From the human T2T-CHM13v2.0 reference genome, Homo sapiens: a stretch of 64,000 nt of DNA. Below, piece after piece: positions 1 to 11,700 of this stretch. Under the pieces are notes generated by a model. The model did no database searches, had not been told where the DNA came from, and saw nothing but the letters and a program-made list of their open reading frames with translations. Numbering within the stretch: position 1 is the stretch's first letter; every line of letters begins with the position of its first letter. The translations under genes and the position numbers were made by a program. The DNA is taken from NCBI RefSeq assembly GCF_009914755.1, contig NC_060935.1. The stretch is one strand, 5' to 3'.

Positions 1-1233
1 TTTTCTAGAATCTGCAAGTGGACATTTGGAGGGCTTTGAGGCCTGTGGTGGAAAAGGAAAATCTTCACATAAAAACTAGATGGAAGCATTCTCAGAAACT
101 ACTTTGTGATGATTGCATTCGACTCACAGAGTTGAACATTCCTATAGATAGAGCAGGTTTTACACAATCTTTTTGTAGAATCTGCGATTGGAGATTTGGA
201 CTGCTTTGAGGCCTACTGTAGTAAAGGAAATAACTTCATCTAAAAACCAAACGGAAGCATTCACAGACAATTCTTAGTGATCATCGGATTGAAATAACAG
301 AGCTGAACATTCCTTTAGATGGAGCAGTTTCCAAACACACTTTCTGTAGAATCTCCAAGTGGATATTTGGACCTCTCTGAGGATTTCGTTGGAAACGGGC
401 TAAACTTCCCAGAACTACACGGAAGCATTCTGAGAAACTTCTTTGTGATGTTTGCATTCAAATCACAGAGTTGAACCTTGCTTTCATAGTTCAGCTTTCA
501 AACACTCTTTTTGTAGAATCTGCAAGTGGATATTTGGACCACTTTGTGGCCTTCCTTCGAAACGGTTATATCTTCACATCAAACCTAGACAGAAGCATTC
601 TCAGAATGTTTCCTGTGATGACTGCATTCAACTCACTGATGTGAACAATCCTGTTGATGGAGCAGTTTTGAAACTCTCTTTCTTTGGATTCTGCAAGTGG
701 ATATGTGGACCTCTGTGAAGATTTTGTTGGAAACGGGTTCATCTTCACAGAAAAACTAAACAGGAGCATTCTCAGAAACTGCTTTGTGATGTTTGTGTTC
801 CACTTCAGGAATTGAACTTTCCTCTTGATAGAGCAGCTCTGAAACCCTCTTTTTCTAGAATCTGCAAGTGGACATTTGGAGGGCTTTGAGGCCTGTGGTG
901 GAAAAGGAAAATCTTCACATAAAAACTAGATGGAAGCATTCTCAGAAACTACTTTGTGATGATTGCATTCGACTCACAGAGTTGAACATTCCTATAGATA
1001 GAGCAGGTTGTAAACAATCTTTTTGTAGAATCTGCGATTGGAGATTTGGACTGCTTTGAGGCCTACTGTAGTAAAGGAAATAACTTCATCTAAAAACCAA
1101 ACGGAAACATTCACGGACAATTCTTAGTGATCATTGGATTGAACTAACAGAGCTGAACATTCCTTTAGATGGCGCAGTTTCCAAACACACTTTCTGTAGA
1201 ATCTGCAAGTGGATATTTGGACCTCTCTGAGGA

Positions 1234-1250
1234 TTTCGTTGGAAACGGGA
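1234..1250 (+). promoter_or_regulatory. Canonical CENP-B box #1 (representative; one per HOR)
   Basis: TTTCGTTGGAAACGGGA matches the 17-bp consensus YTTCGTTGGAARCGGGA and the essential core NTTCGNNNNANNCGGGN. Confidence 0.97.
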
Positions 1251-1400
1251 TAAACTTCCCTGAACTACACGGAAGCATTCTGAGAAACTTCTTTGTGATG
1301 TTTGCATTCAACTCACAGAGTTGAACCTTGCTTTCATAGTTCAGCTTTCAAACACTCTTTTTGTAGAATCTGCAAGTGGATATTTGGACCACTTTGTGGC

Positions 1401-1417
1401 CTTCCTTCGAAACGGGT
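1401..1417 (+). promoter_or_regulatory. Degenerate CENP-B box in the middle B-type monomer (probably non-binding; present in every HOR)
   Basis: CTTCCTTCGAAACGGGT: the TTCG core is changed to TTCC in all copies, while the CGGG half is retained. Confidence 0.8.
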
Positions 1418-1571
1418 ATACCTTCACATCAAACCTAGACAGAAGCATTCTCAGAATGTTTCCTGTGATGACTGCATTCAACTCACAGAGGTGAACAATC
1501 CTGCTGATGGAGCAGTTTTGAAACTCTCTTTCTTTGGATTCTGCAAGTGGATATGTGGACCTCTGTGAAGA

Positions 1572-1588
1572 TTTCGTTGGAAACGGGT
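1572..1588 (+). promoter_or_regulatory. CENP-B box #2 (representative; one per HOR)
   Basis: TTTCGTTGGAAACGGGT retains all nine essential core positions; only the terminal base differs from consensus. Confidence 0.93.
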
Positions 1589-1742
1589 TCATCTTCACAT
1601 AAAAACTAAACAGGAGCATTCTCAGAAACTGCTTTGTGATGTTTGTGTTCCACTTCAGGAATTGAACTTTCCTCTTGACAGAGCAGCTCTGAAACCCTCT
1701 TTTTCTAGAATCTGCAAGTGGACATTTGGAGGGCTTTGAGGC

Positions 1743-1759
1743 CTGTGGTGGAAAAGGAA
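1743..1759 (+). promoter_or_regulatory. pJalpha-type (A-box) site of A-type monomer (representative)
   Basis: CTGTGGTGGAAAAGGAA lies at the position homologous to the CENP-B box and resembles the A-monomer consensus box. Confidence 0.7.
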
Positions 1760-1912
1760 AATCTTCACATAAAAACTAGATGGAAGCATTCTCACAAACT
1801 ACTTTGTGATGATTGCATTCGACTCACAGAGTTGAACATTCCTATAGATAGAGCAGGTTGTAAACAATCTTTTTGTAGAATCTGCGATTGGAGATTTGGA
1901 CTGCTTTGAGGC

Positions 1913-1929
1913 CTACTGTAGTAAAGGAA
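1913..1929 (+). promoter_or_regulatory. Diverged A-box site of second A-type monomer (representative)
   Basis: CTACTGTAGTAAAGGAA at the box-homologous position, with no CENP-B core. Confidence 0.6.
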
Positions 1930-4900
1930 ATAACTTCATCTAAAAACCAAACGGAAGCATTCACAGACAATTCTTAGTGATCATCGGATTGAAATAACAG
2001 AGCTGAACATTCCTTTAGATGGAGCAGTTTCCAAACACACTTTCTGTAGAATCTCCAAGTGGATATTTGGACCTCTCTGAGGATTTCGTTGGAAACGGGC
2101 TAAACTTCCCAGAACTACACGGAAGCATTCTGAGAAACTTCTTTGTGATGTTTGCATTCAAATCACAGAGTTGAACCTTGCTTTCATAGTTCAGCTTTCA
2201 AACACTCTTTTTGTAGAATCTGCAAGTGGATATTTGGACCACTTTGTGGCCTTCCTTCGAAACGGTTATATCTTCACATCAAACCTAGACAGAAGCATTC
2301 TCAGAATGTTTCCTGTGATGACTGCATTCAACTCACTGATGTGAACAATCCTGTTGATGGAGCAGTTTTGAAACTCTCTTTCTTTGGATTCTGCAAGTGG
2401 ATATGTGGACCTCTGTGAAGATTTTGTTGGAAACGGGTTCATCTTCACAGAAAAACTAAACAGGAGCATTCTCAGAAACTGCTTTGTGATGTTTGTGTTC
2501 CACTTCAGGAATTGAACTTTCCTCTTGATAGAGCAGCTCTGAAACCCTCTTTTTCTAGAATCTGCAAGTGGACATTTGGAGGGCTTTGAGGCCTGTGGTG
2601 GAAAAGGAAAATCTTCACATAAAAACTAGATGGAAGCATTCTCAGAAACTACTTTGTGATGATTGCATTCGACTCACAGAGTTGAACATTCCTATAGATA
2701 GAGCAGGTTGTAAACAATCTTTTTGTAGAATCTGCGATTGGAGATTTGGACTGCTTTGAGGCCTACTGTAGTAAAGGAAATAACTTCATCTAAAAACCAA
2801 ACGGAAACATTCACGGACAATTCTTAGTGATCATTGGATTGAACTAACAGAGCTGAACATTCCTTTAGATGGCGCAGTTTCCAAACACACTTTCTGTAGA
2901 ATCTGCAAGTGGATATTTGGACCTCTCTGAGGATTTCGTTGGAAACGGGATAAACTTCCCTGAACTACACGGAAGCATTCTGAGAAACTTCTTTGTGATG
3001 TTTGCATTCAACTCACAGAGTTGAACCTTGCTTTCATAGTTCAGCTTTCAAACACTCTTTTTGTAGAATCTGCAAGTGGATATTTGGACCACTTTGTGGC
3101 CTTCCTTCGAAACGGGTATACCTTCACATCAAACCTAGACAGAAGCATTCTCAGAATGTTTCCTGTGATGACTGCATTCAACTCACAGAGGTGAACAATC
3201 CTGCTGATGGAGCAGTTTTGAAACTCTCTTTCTTTGGATTCTGCAAGTGGATATGTGGACCTCTGTGAAGATTTCGTTGGAAACGGGTTCATCTTCACAT
3301 AAAAACTAAACAGGAGCATTCTCAGAAACTGCTTTGTGATGTTTGTGTTCCACTTCAGGAATTGAACTTTCCTCTTGACAGAGCAGCTCTGAAACCCTCT
3401 TTTTCTAGAATCTGCAAGTGGACATTTGGAGGGCTTTGAGGCCTGTGGTGGAAAAGGAAAATCTTCACATAAAAACTAGATGGAAGCATTCTCACAAACT
3501 ACTTTGTGATGATTGCATTCGACTCACAGAGTTGAACATTCCTATAGATAGAGCAGGTTGTAAACAATCTTTTTGTAGAATCTGCGATTGGAGATTTGGA
3601 CTGCTTTGAGGCCTACTGTAGTAAAGGAAATAACTTCATCTAAAAACCAAACGGAAGCATTCAAAGACAATTCTTAGTGATCATTGGATTGAACTAACAG
3701 AGCTGAACATTCCTTTAGATGGCGCAGTTTCCAAACACACTTTCTGTAGAATCTGCCACTGGATATTTGGACCTCTCTGAGGATTTCGTTGGAAATGGGA
3801 TAAACATCCCAGAACTACACGGAAGCATTCTGAGAAACTTCTTTGTGATGTTTGCATTCAACTCACAGAGTTGAACCTTGCTTTCATAGTTCAGCTTTCA
3901 AACACTCTTTTTGTAGAATCTGCAAGTGGATATTTGGACCACTTTGTGGCCTTCCTTCGAAACGGGTATATCTTCACATCAAACCTAGACAGAAGCATTC
4001 TCAGAATGTTTCCTGTGATGACTGCATTCAACTCACAGAGGTGAACAATCCTGCTGATGGAGCAGTTTTGAAACTCTCTTTCTTTGGATTCTGCAAGTGG
4101 ATATGTGGACCTCTGTGAAGATTTCGTTGGAAACGGGTTCATCTTCACAGAAAAACTAAACAGGAGCATTCTCAGAAACTGCTTTGTGATGTTTGTGTTC
4201 CACTTCAGGAATTGAACTTTCCTCTTGACAGTGCAGCTCTGAAACCCTCTTTTTCTAGAATCTGCAAGTGGACATTTGGAGGGCTTTGAGGCCTGTGGTG
4301 GAAAAGGAAAATCTTCACATAAAAACTAGATGGAAGCATTCTCAGAAACTACTTTGTGATGATTGCATTCGACTCACAGAGTTGAACATTCCTATAGATA
4401 GAGCAGGTTGTAAACAATCTTTTTGTAGAATCTGCGATTGGAGATTTGGACTGCTTTGAGGCCTACTGTAGTAAAGGAAATAACTTCATCTAAAAACCAA
4501 ACAGAAGCATTCACAGACAATTCTTAGTGATCATTGGATTGAACTAACAGAGCTGAACATTCCTTTAGATGGCGCAGATTCCAAACACACTTTCTGTAGA
4601 ATCTGCAAGTGGATATTTGGACCTCTCTGAGGATTTCGTTGGAAACGGGATAAACTTCCCAGAACTACACGAAAGCATTCTGAGAAACTTCTTTGTGATG
4701 TTTGCATTCAACTCACAGACTTGAACCTTGCTTTCATAGTTCAGCTTTCAAATACTCTTTTTGTAGAATCTGCAAGTGGATATTTGGACCACTTTGTGGC
4801 CTTCCTTCGAAACGGGTATATCTTCACATCAAACCTAGACAGAAGCATTCTCAGAATGTTTCCTGTGATGACTGCATTCAACTCACAGAGGTGAACCATC

Positions 4901-5795
4901 CTGTTGATGGGGCAGTTTTGAAACTTCCTTTCTTTGGATTCTGCAAGTGGATATGTGGACCTCTGTGAAGATTTCGTTGGAAACGGGTTCATCTTCACAG
5001 AAAAATTAACAGGAGCATTCTCACAAACTGCTTTGTGAGGTTTGTGTTCCACTTCAGGAATTGAACTTTCCTCTTGACAGAGCAGCTCTGAAACCCTCTT
5101 TTTCTAGAATCTGCAAGTGGACATTTGGAGGGCTTTGAGGCCTGTGGTGGAAAAGGAAAATCTTCACATAAAAACTAGATGGAAGCATTCTCAGAAACTA
5201 CTTTGTGATGATTGCATTCGACTCACAGAGTTGAACATTCCTATAGATAGAGCAGGTTGTAAACAATCTTTTTGTAGAATCTGCGATTGGAGATTTGGAC
5301 TGCTTTGAGGCCTACTGTAGTAAAGGAAATAACTTCATTTAAAAACCAAACGGAAGCATTCACAGACAATTCTTAGTGATCATTGGATTGAACTAACAGA
5401 GCTGAACATTCCTTTAGATGGCGCAGTTTCCAAACACACTTTCTGTAGAATCTGCAAGGGGATATTTGGACCTCTCTGAGGATTTCGTTGGAAACGGGAT
5501 AAACTTCCCAGAACTACACGGAAGCATTCTGAGAAACTTCTTTGTGATGTTTGCATTCAACTCACAGAGTTGAACCTTGCTTTCATAGTTCAGCTTTCAA
5601 ACACTCTTTTTGTAGAATCTGCAAGTAGATATTTGGACCACTTTGTGGCCTTCCTTCGAAACGGGTATATCTTCACATCAAACCTAGACAGAAGCATTCT
5701 CAGAATGTTTCCTGTGATGGCTGCATTCAGCTCACAGAGGTGAACAATCCTGTTGATGGAGCAGTTTTGAAACTCTCTTTCTTTAGATTCTGCAT

Positions 5796-8700
5796 GTGGA
5801 TATGTGGACCTCTGTGAAGATTTCGTTGGAAACGGGTTCATCTTCACAGAAAAACTAAACAGGAGCATTCTCAGAAACTGCTTTGTGATGTTTGTGTTCC
5901 ACTTCAGCAATTGAACTTTCCTCTTGACAGAGTAGCTCTGAAACCCTCTTTTTCTAGAATCTGCAAGTGGACATTTGGAGGGTTTTGAGGCCTGTGGTGG
6001 AAAAGGAAAATCTTCACATAAAAACTAGATGGAAGCATTCTCAGAAACTACTTTGTGATGATTGCATTCGACTCACAGAGTTGAACATTCCTATAGATAG
6101 AGCAGGTTGTAAACAATCTTTTTGTAGAATCTGCGATTGGAGATTTGGACTGCTTTGAGGCCTACTGTAGTAAAGGAAATAACTTCATCTAAAAACCAAA
6201 CGGAAGCATTCACAGACAATTCTTAGTGATCATTTGATTGAACTAACCGAGCTGAACATTCCTTTAGATGGAGCAGTTTCCAAACACACTTTCTGTAGAA
6301 TCTGCAAGTGGACATTTGGACCTCTCTGAGGGTTTCGTTGGAAACGGGATAAACTTCCCAGAACTACACGGAAGCATTCTGAGAAAATTCTTTGTGATGT
6401 TTGCATTCAACTCACAGAGTTGAACCTTGCTTTCATAGTTCAGCTTTCAAACACTCTTTTTGTAGAATCTGCAAGTGGATATTCGGACCACTTTGTGGCC
6501 TTCCTTCGAAACGGGTATATCTTCACATCAAACCTAGACAGAAGCATTCTCAGAATGTTTCCTGTGATGACTGCATTCAACTCACAGAGGTGAACAATCC
6601 TGTTGATGGAGCAGTTTTGAAACTCTCTTTCTTTGGATTCTGCAAGTGGATATGTGGACCTCTGTGAAGATTTCGTTGGAAACGGGTTCATCTTCACAGA
6701 AAAACTAAACAGGAGCATTCTCAGAAACTGCTTTGTGATGTTTGTGTTCCACTTCAAGAATTGAACTTTCCTCTTGACAGAGCAGCTCTGAAACCCTCTT
6801 TTTCTAGAATCTGCAAGTGGACATTTGGAGGGCTTTGAGGCCTGTGGTGGAAAAGGAAAATCTTCACATAAAAACTAGATGGAAGCATTCTCAGAAACTA
6901 CTTTGTGATGATTGCATTCGACCCACAGAGTTGAACATTCCTATAGATAGAGCAGGTTGTAAACAATCTTTTTGTAGAATCTGCGATTGGAGATTTGGAC
7001 TGCTTTGAGGCCTACTGTAGTAAAGGAAATAACTTCATCTAAAAACCAAACGGAAGCATTCAGAGACAATTCTTAGTGATCATTGGATTGAACTAACAGA
7101 GCTGAACATTCCTTTAGATGGCGCAGATTCCAAACACACTTTTTGTAGAATCTGCAAGTGGATATTTGGACCTCTCTGAGGATTTCGTTGGAAACGGGAT
7201 AAACTTCCCAGAACTACACGAAAGCATTCTGAGAAACTTCTTTGTGATGTTTGCATTCAACTCACAGAGTTGAACCTTGCTTTCATAGTTCAGCTTTCAA
7301 ACACTCTTTTTGTAGAATCTGCAAGTGGATATTTGGACCACTTTGTGGCCTTCCTTCGAAACGGGTATATCTTCACATCAAACCTAGACAGAAGCATTCT
7401 CAGAATGTTTCCTGTGATGACTGCATTCAACTCACAGAGGTGAACCATCCTGTTGATGGGGCAGTTTTGAAACTTCCTTTCTTTGGATTCTGCAAGTGGA
7501 TATGTGGACCTCTGTGAAGATTTCGTTGGAAACGGGTTCATCTTCACAGAAAAATTAACAGGAGCATTCTCACAAACTGCTTTGTGAGGTTTGTGTTCCA
7601 CTTCAGGAATTGAACTTTCCTCTTGACAGAGCAGCTCTGAAACCCTCTTTTTCTAGAATCTGCAAGTGGACATTTGGAGGGCTTTGAGGCCTGTGGTGGA
7701 AAAGGAAAATCTTCACATAAAAACTAGATGGAAGCATTCTCAGAAACTACTTTGTGATGATTGCATTCGACTCACGGAGTTGAACATTCCTATAGATAGA
7801 GCAGGTTGTAAACAATCTTTTTGTAGAATCTGCGATTGGAGATTTGGACTGCTTTGAGGCCTACTGTAGTAAAGGAAATAACTTCATTTAAAAACCAAAC
7901 GGAAGCATTCACAGACAATTCTTAGTGATCATTGGATTGAACTAACAGAGCTGAACATTCCTTTAGATGGCGCAGTTTCCAAACACACTTTCTGTAGAAT
8001 CTGCAAGGGGATATTTGGACCTCTCTGAGGATTTCGTTGGAAACGGGATAAACTTCCCAGAACTACACGGAAGCATTCTGAGAAACTTCTTTGTGATGTT
8101 TGCATTCAACTCACAGAGTTGAACCTTGCTTTCATAGTTCAGCTTTCAAACACTCTTTTTGTAGAATCTGCAATTAGATATTTGGACCACTTTGTGGCCT
8201 TCCTTCGAAACGGGTATATCTTCACATCAAACCTAGACAGAAGCATTCTCAGAATGTTTCCTGTGATGGCTGCATTCATCTCACAGAGGTGAACAATCCT
8301 GTTGATGGAGCAGTTTTGAAACTCTCTTTCTTTGGATTCTGCAAGTGGATATGTGGACCTCTGTGAAGATTTCGTTGGAAACGGGTTCATCTTCACAGAA
8401 AAACTAAACAGGAGCATTCTCAGAAACTGCTTTGTGATGTTTGTGTTCCACTTCAAGAATTGAACTTTCCTCTTGACAGAGCAGCTCTGAAACCCTCTTT
8501 TTCTAGAATCTGCAAGTGGACATTTGGAGGGCTTTGAGGCCTGTGGTGGAAAAGGAAAATCTTCACATAAAAACTAGATGGAAGCATTCTCAGAAACTAC
8601 TTTGTGATGATTGCATTCGACTCACAGAGTTGAACATTCCTATAGATAGAGCAGGTTGTAAACAATCTTTTTGTAGAATCTGCGATTGGAGATTTGGACT

Positions 8701-11700
8701 GCTTTGAGGCCTACTGTAGTAAAGGAAATAACTTCATCTAAAAACCAAACGGAAGCATTCACAGACAATTCTTAGTGATCATTGGATTGAACTAACAGAG
8801 CTGAACATTCCTTTAGATGGAGCAGTTTCCAAACACACTTTCTGTAGAATCTGCAAGTGGTTATTTGGACCTCTCTGAGGATTTCGTTGGAAACGGGATA
8901 AACTTCCCAGAACTACACGGAAGCATTCTGAGAATGTTCTTTGTGATGTTTGCATTCAACTCACAGAGTTGAACATGGCTTTCATATTTCAGCTTTCAAA
9001 CACTCTTTTTGTAGAATCTGCAAGTGGATATTTGGACCACTTTGTGGCCTTCCTTCGAAACGGGTATATCTTCACATCAAACCTAGACAGAAGCATTCTC
9101 AGAATGTTTCCTGTGATGACTGCATTCAACTCACAGAGGTGAAAAATCCTGTTGATGGAGCAGTTTTGAAACTCTCTTTCTTTGGATTCTGCAAGTGGAT
9201 ATGTGGACCTCTGTGAAGATTTCGTTGGAAACGGGTTCATCTTCACAGAAAAACTAAACAGGAGCATTCTCAGAAACTGCTTTGTGATGTTTGTGTTCCA
9301 CTTCAAGAATTGAACTTTCCTCTTGACAGAGCAGCTCTGAAACCCTCTTTTTCTAGAATCTGCAAGTGGACATTTGGAGGGCTTTGAGGCCTGTGGTGGA
9401 AAAGGAAAATCTTCACATAAAAACTAGATGGAAGCATTCTCAGAAACTACTTTGTGATGATTGCATTCGACTCACAGAGTTGAACATTCCTATAGATAGA
9501 GCAGGTTGTAAACAATCTTTTTGTAGAATCTGCGATTGGAGATTTGGACTGCTTTGAGGCCTACTGTAGTAAAGGAAATAACTTCATCTAAAAACCAAAC
9601 GGAAGCATTCACAGACAATTCTTAGTGATCATTGGATTGAACTAACAGAGCTGAACATTCCTTTAGATGGCGCAGTTTCCAAACACACTTTCTGTAGAAT
9701 CTGCAAGTGGATATTTGGACCTCTGTGAGGATTTCGTTGGAAACGGGATATACTTCCCAGAACTACACGGAAGCATTCTGAGAAACTTCTTTGTGATGTT
9801 TGCATTCAACTCACAGAGTTGAACCTTGCTTTCATAGTTCAGCTTTCAAACACTCTTTTTGTAGAATCTGCAAGTGGATATTTGGACCACTTTGTGGCCT
9901 TCCTTCGAAACGGGTATATCTTCACATCAAAGCTAGACAGAAGCATTCTCAGAATGTTTCCTGTGATGACTGCATTCAACTCACAGAGGTGAACAATCCT
10001 GCTGATGGAGCAGTTTTGAAACTCTCTTTCTTTGGATTCTGCAAGTGGATATGTGGACCTCTGTGAAGATTTCGTTGGAAAAGTGTTCATCTTCACAGAA
10101 AAACTAAACAGGAGCATTCTCAGAAACTGCTTTGTGATGTTTGTGTTCCACTTCAGGAATTGAACTTTCCTCTTGACAGAGCAGCTCTGAAACCCTCTTT
10201 TTCTAGAATCTGCAAGTGGACATTTGGAGGGCTTTGAGGCCTGTGGTGGAAAACGAAAATCTTCACATAAAAACTAGATGGAAGCATTCTCAGAAACTAC
10301 TTTGTGATGATTGCATTCGACTCACAGAGTTGAACATTCCTATAGAGAGAGCAGGTTGTAAACAATCTTTTTGTAGAATCTGCGATTGGAGATTTGGACT
10401 GCTTTGAGGCCTACTGTAGTAAAGGAAATAACTTCATTTAAAAACCAAACGGAAGCATTCACAGACAATTCTTAGTGATCATTGGATTGAACTAACAGAG
10501 CTGAACATTCCTTTAGATGGCGCAGTTTCCAAACACACTTTCTGTAGAATCTGCAAGTGGATATTTGGACCTCTCTGAGGATTTCGTTGGAAACGGGATA
10601 AACTTCCCAGAACTACACGGAAGCATTCTGAGAAACTTCTTTGTGATGTTTGCATTCAACTCACAGAGTTGAACCTTGCTTTCATAGTTCAGCTTTCAAA
10701 CCCTCTTTTTGTAGAATCTGCAAGTGGATATTTGGACCACTTTGTGGCCTTCCTTCGAAACGGGTATATCTTCACATCAAACCTAGACAGAAGCATTCTC
10801 AGAATGTTTCCTGTGATGACTGCATTCAACTCACAGAGGTGAACAATCCTGTTGATGGAGCAGTTTTGAAACTGTCTTTCTTTGGATTCTGCAAGTGGAT
10901 ATGTGGACCTCTGTGAAGATTTCGTTGGAAACGGGTTCATCTTCACAGAAAAACTAAACAGGAGCATTCTCAGAAACTGCTTTGTGATGTTTGTGTTCCA
11001 CTTCAGGAATTGAACTTTCCTCTTGACAGAGCAGCTCTGAAACCCTCTTTTTCTAGAATCTGCAAGTGGACATTTGGAGGGCTTTGAGTCCTGTGGTGGA
11101 AAAGGAAAATCTTCACATAAAAACTAGATGGAAGCATTCTCAGAAACTACTTTGTGATGATTGCATTCGACTCACAGAGTTGAACATTCCTATAGATAGA
11201 GCAGGTTGTAAACAATCTTTTTGTAGAATCTGCGATTGGAGATTTGGACTGCTTTGAGGCCTACTGTAGTAAAGGAAATAACTTCATCTAAAAACCAAAC
11301 GGAAGCATTCACAGACAATTCTTAGTGATCATTGGATTGAACTAACAGAGCTGAACATTCCTTTAGATGGCGCAGTTTCCAAACACACTTTCTGTAGAAT
11401 CTGCAAGTGGACATTTGGACCTCTCTGAGGATTTCGTTGGAAACGGGATAAACTTCCCAGAACTACACGGAAGCATTCTGAGAAACTTCTTTGTGATGTT
11501 TGCATTCAACTCACAGAGTTGAACATGGTTTCATAGTTCAGCTTTCAAACACTCTTTTTGTAGAATCTGCAAGTGGATATTTGGACCACTTTGTGGCCTT
11601 CCTTCGAAACGGGTATATCTTCACATCAAACCTAGACAGAAGCATTCTCAGAATGTTTCCTGTGATGACTGCATTCAACTCACAGAGGTGAACAATCCTG

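Larger units (their letters stand above)
854..1703 (+). repeat. Representative single HOR unit (XbaI to XbaI, 850 bp, five diverged monomers)
   Basis: TCTAGA at 854 and 1704. Homologous box positions at 1234, 1401, 1572, 1743, 1913 and 2084 give monomer spacings 167+171+171+170+171 = 850. Confidence 0.97.
164..3663 (+). repeat. Tandem duplication of 2 HORs (1,700-bp period)
   Basis: Private variants (ATCGGA, AATCTCC, GGGCT, CACTGATG, ATTTTG, GGAAACAT, CACGGAC, CCCTGAA, TACCTTC) repeat at +1700. The junction lies at 1864-1963. Outer limits are approximate. Confidence 0.9.

Noticed and set aside
1406-1416. TTCGAAACGGG as an alternative shifted CENP-B box or palindrome
   Set aside because: The TTCG-to-CGGG spacing is 3 bp instead of the required 7, and the 6-bp TTCGAA palindrome is too short to imply structure.
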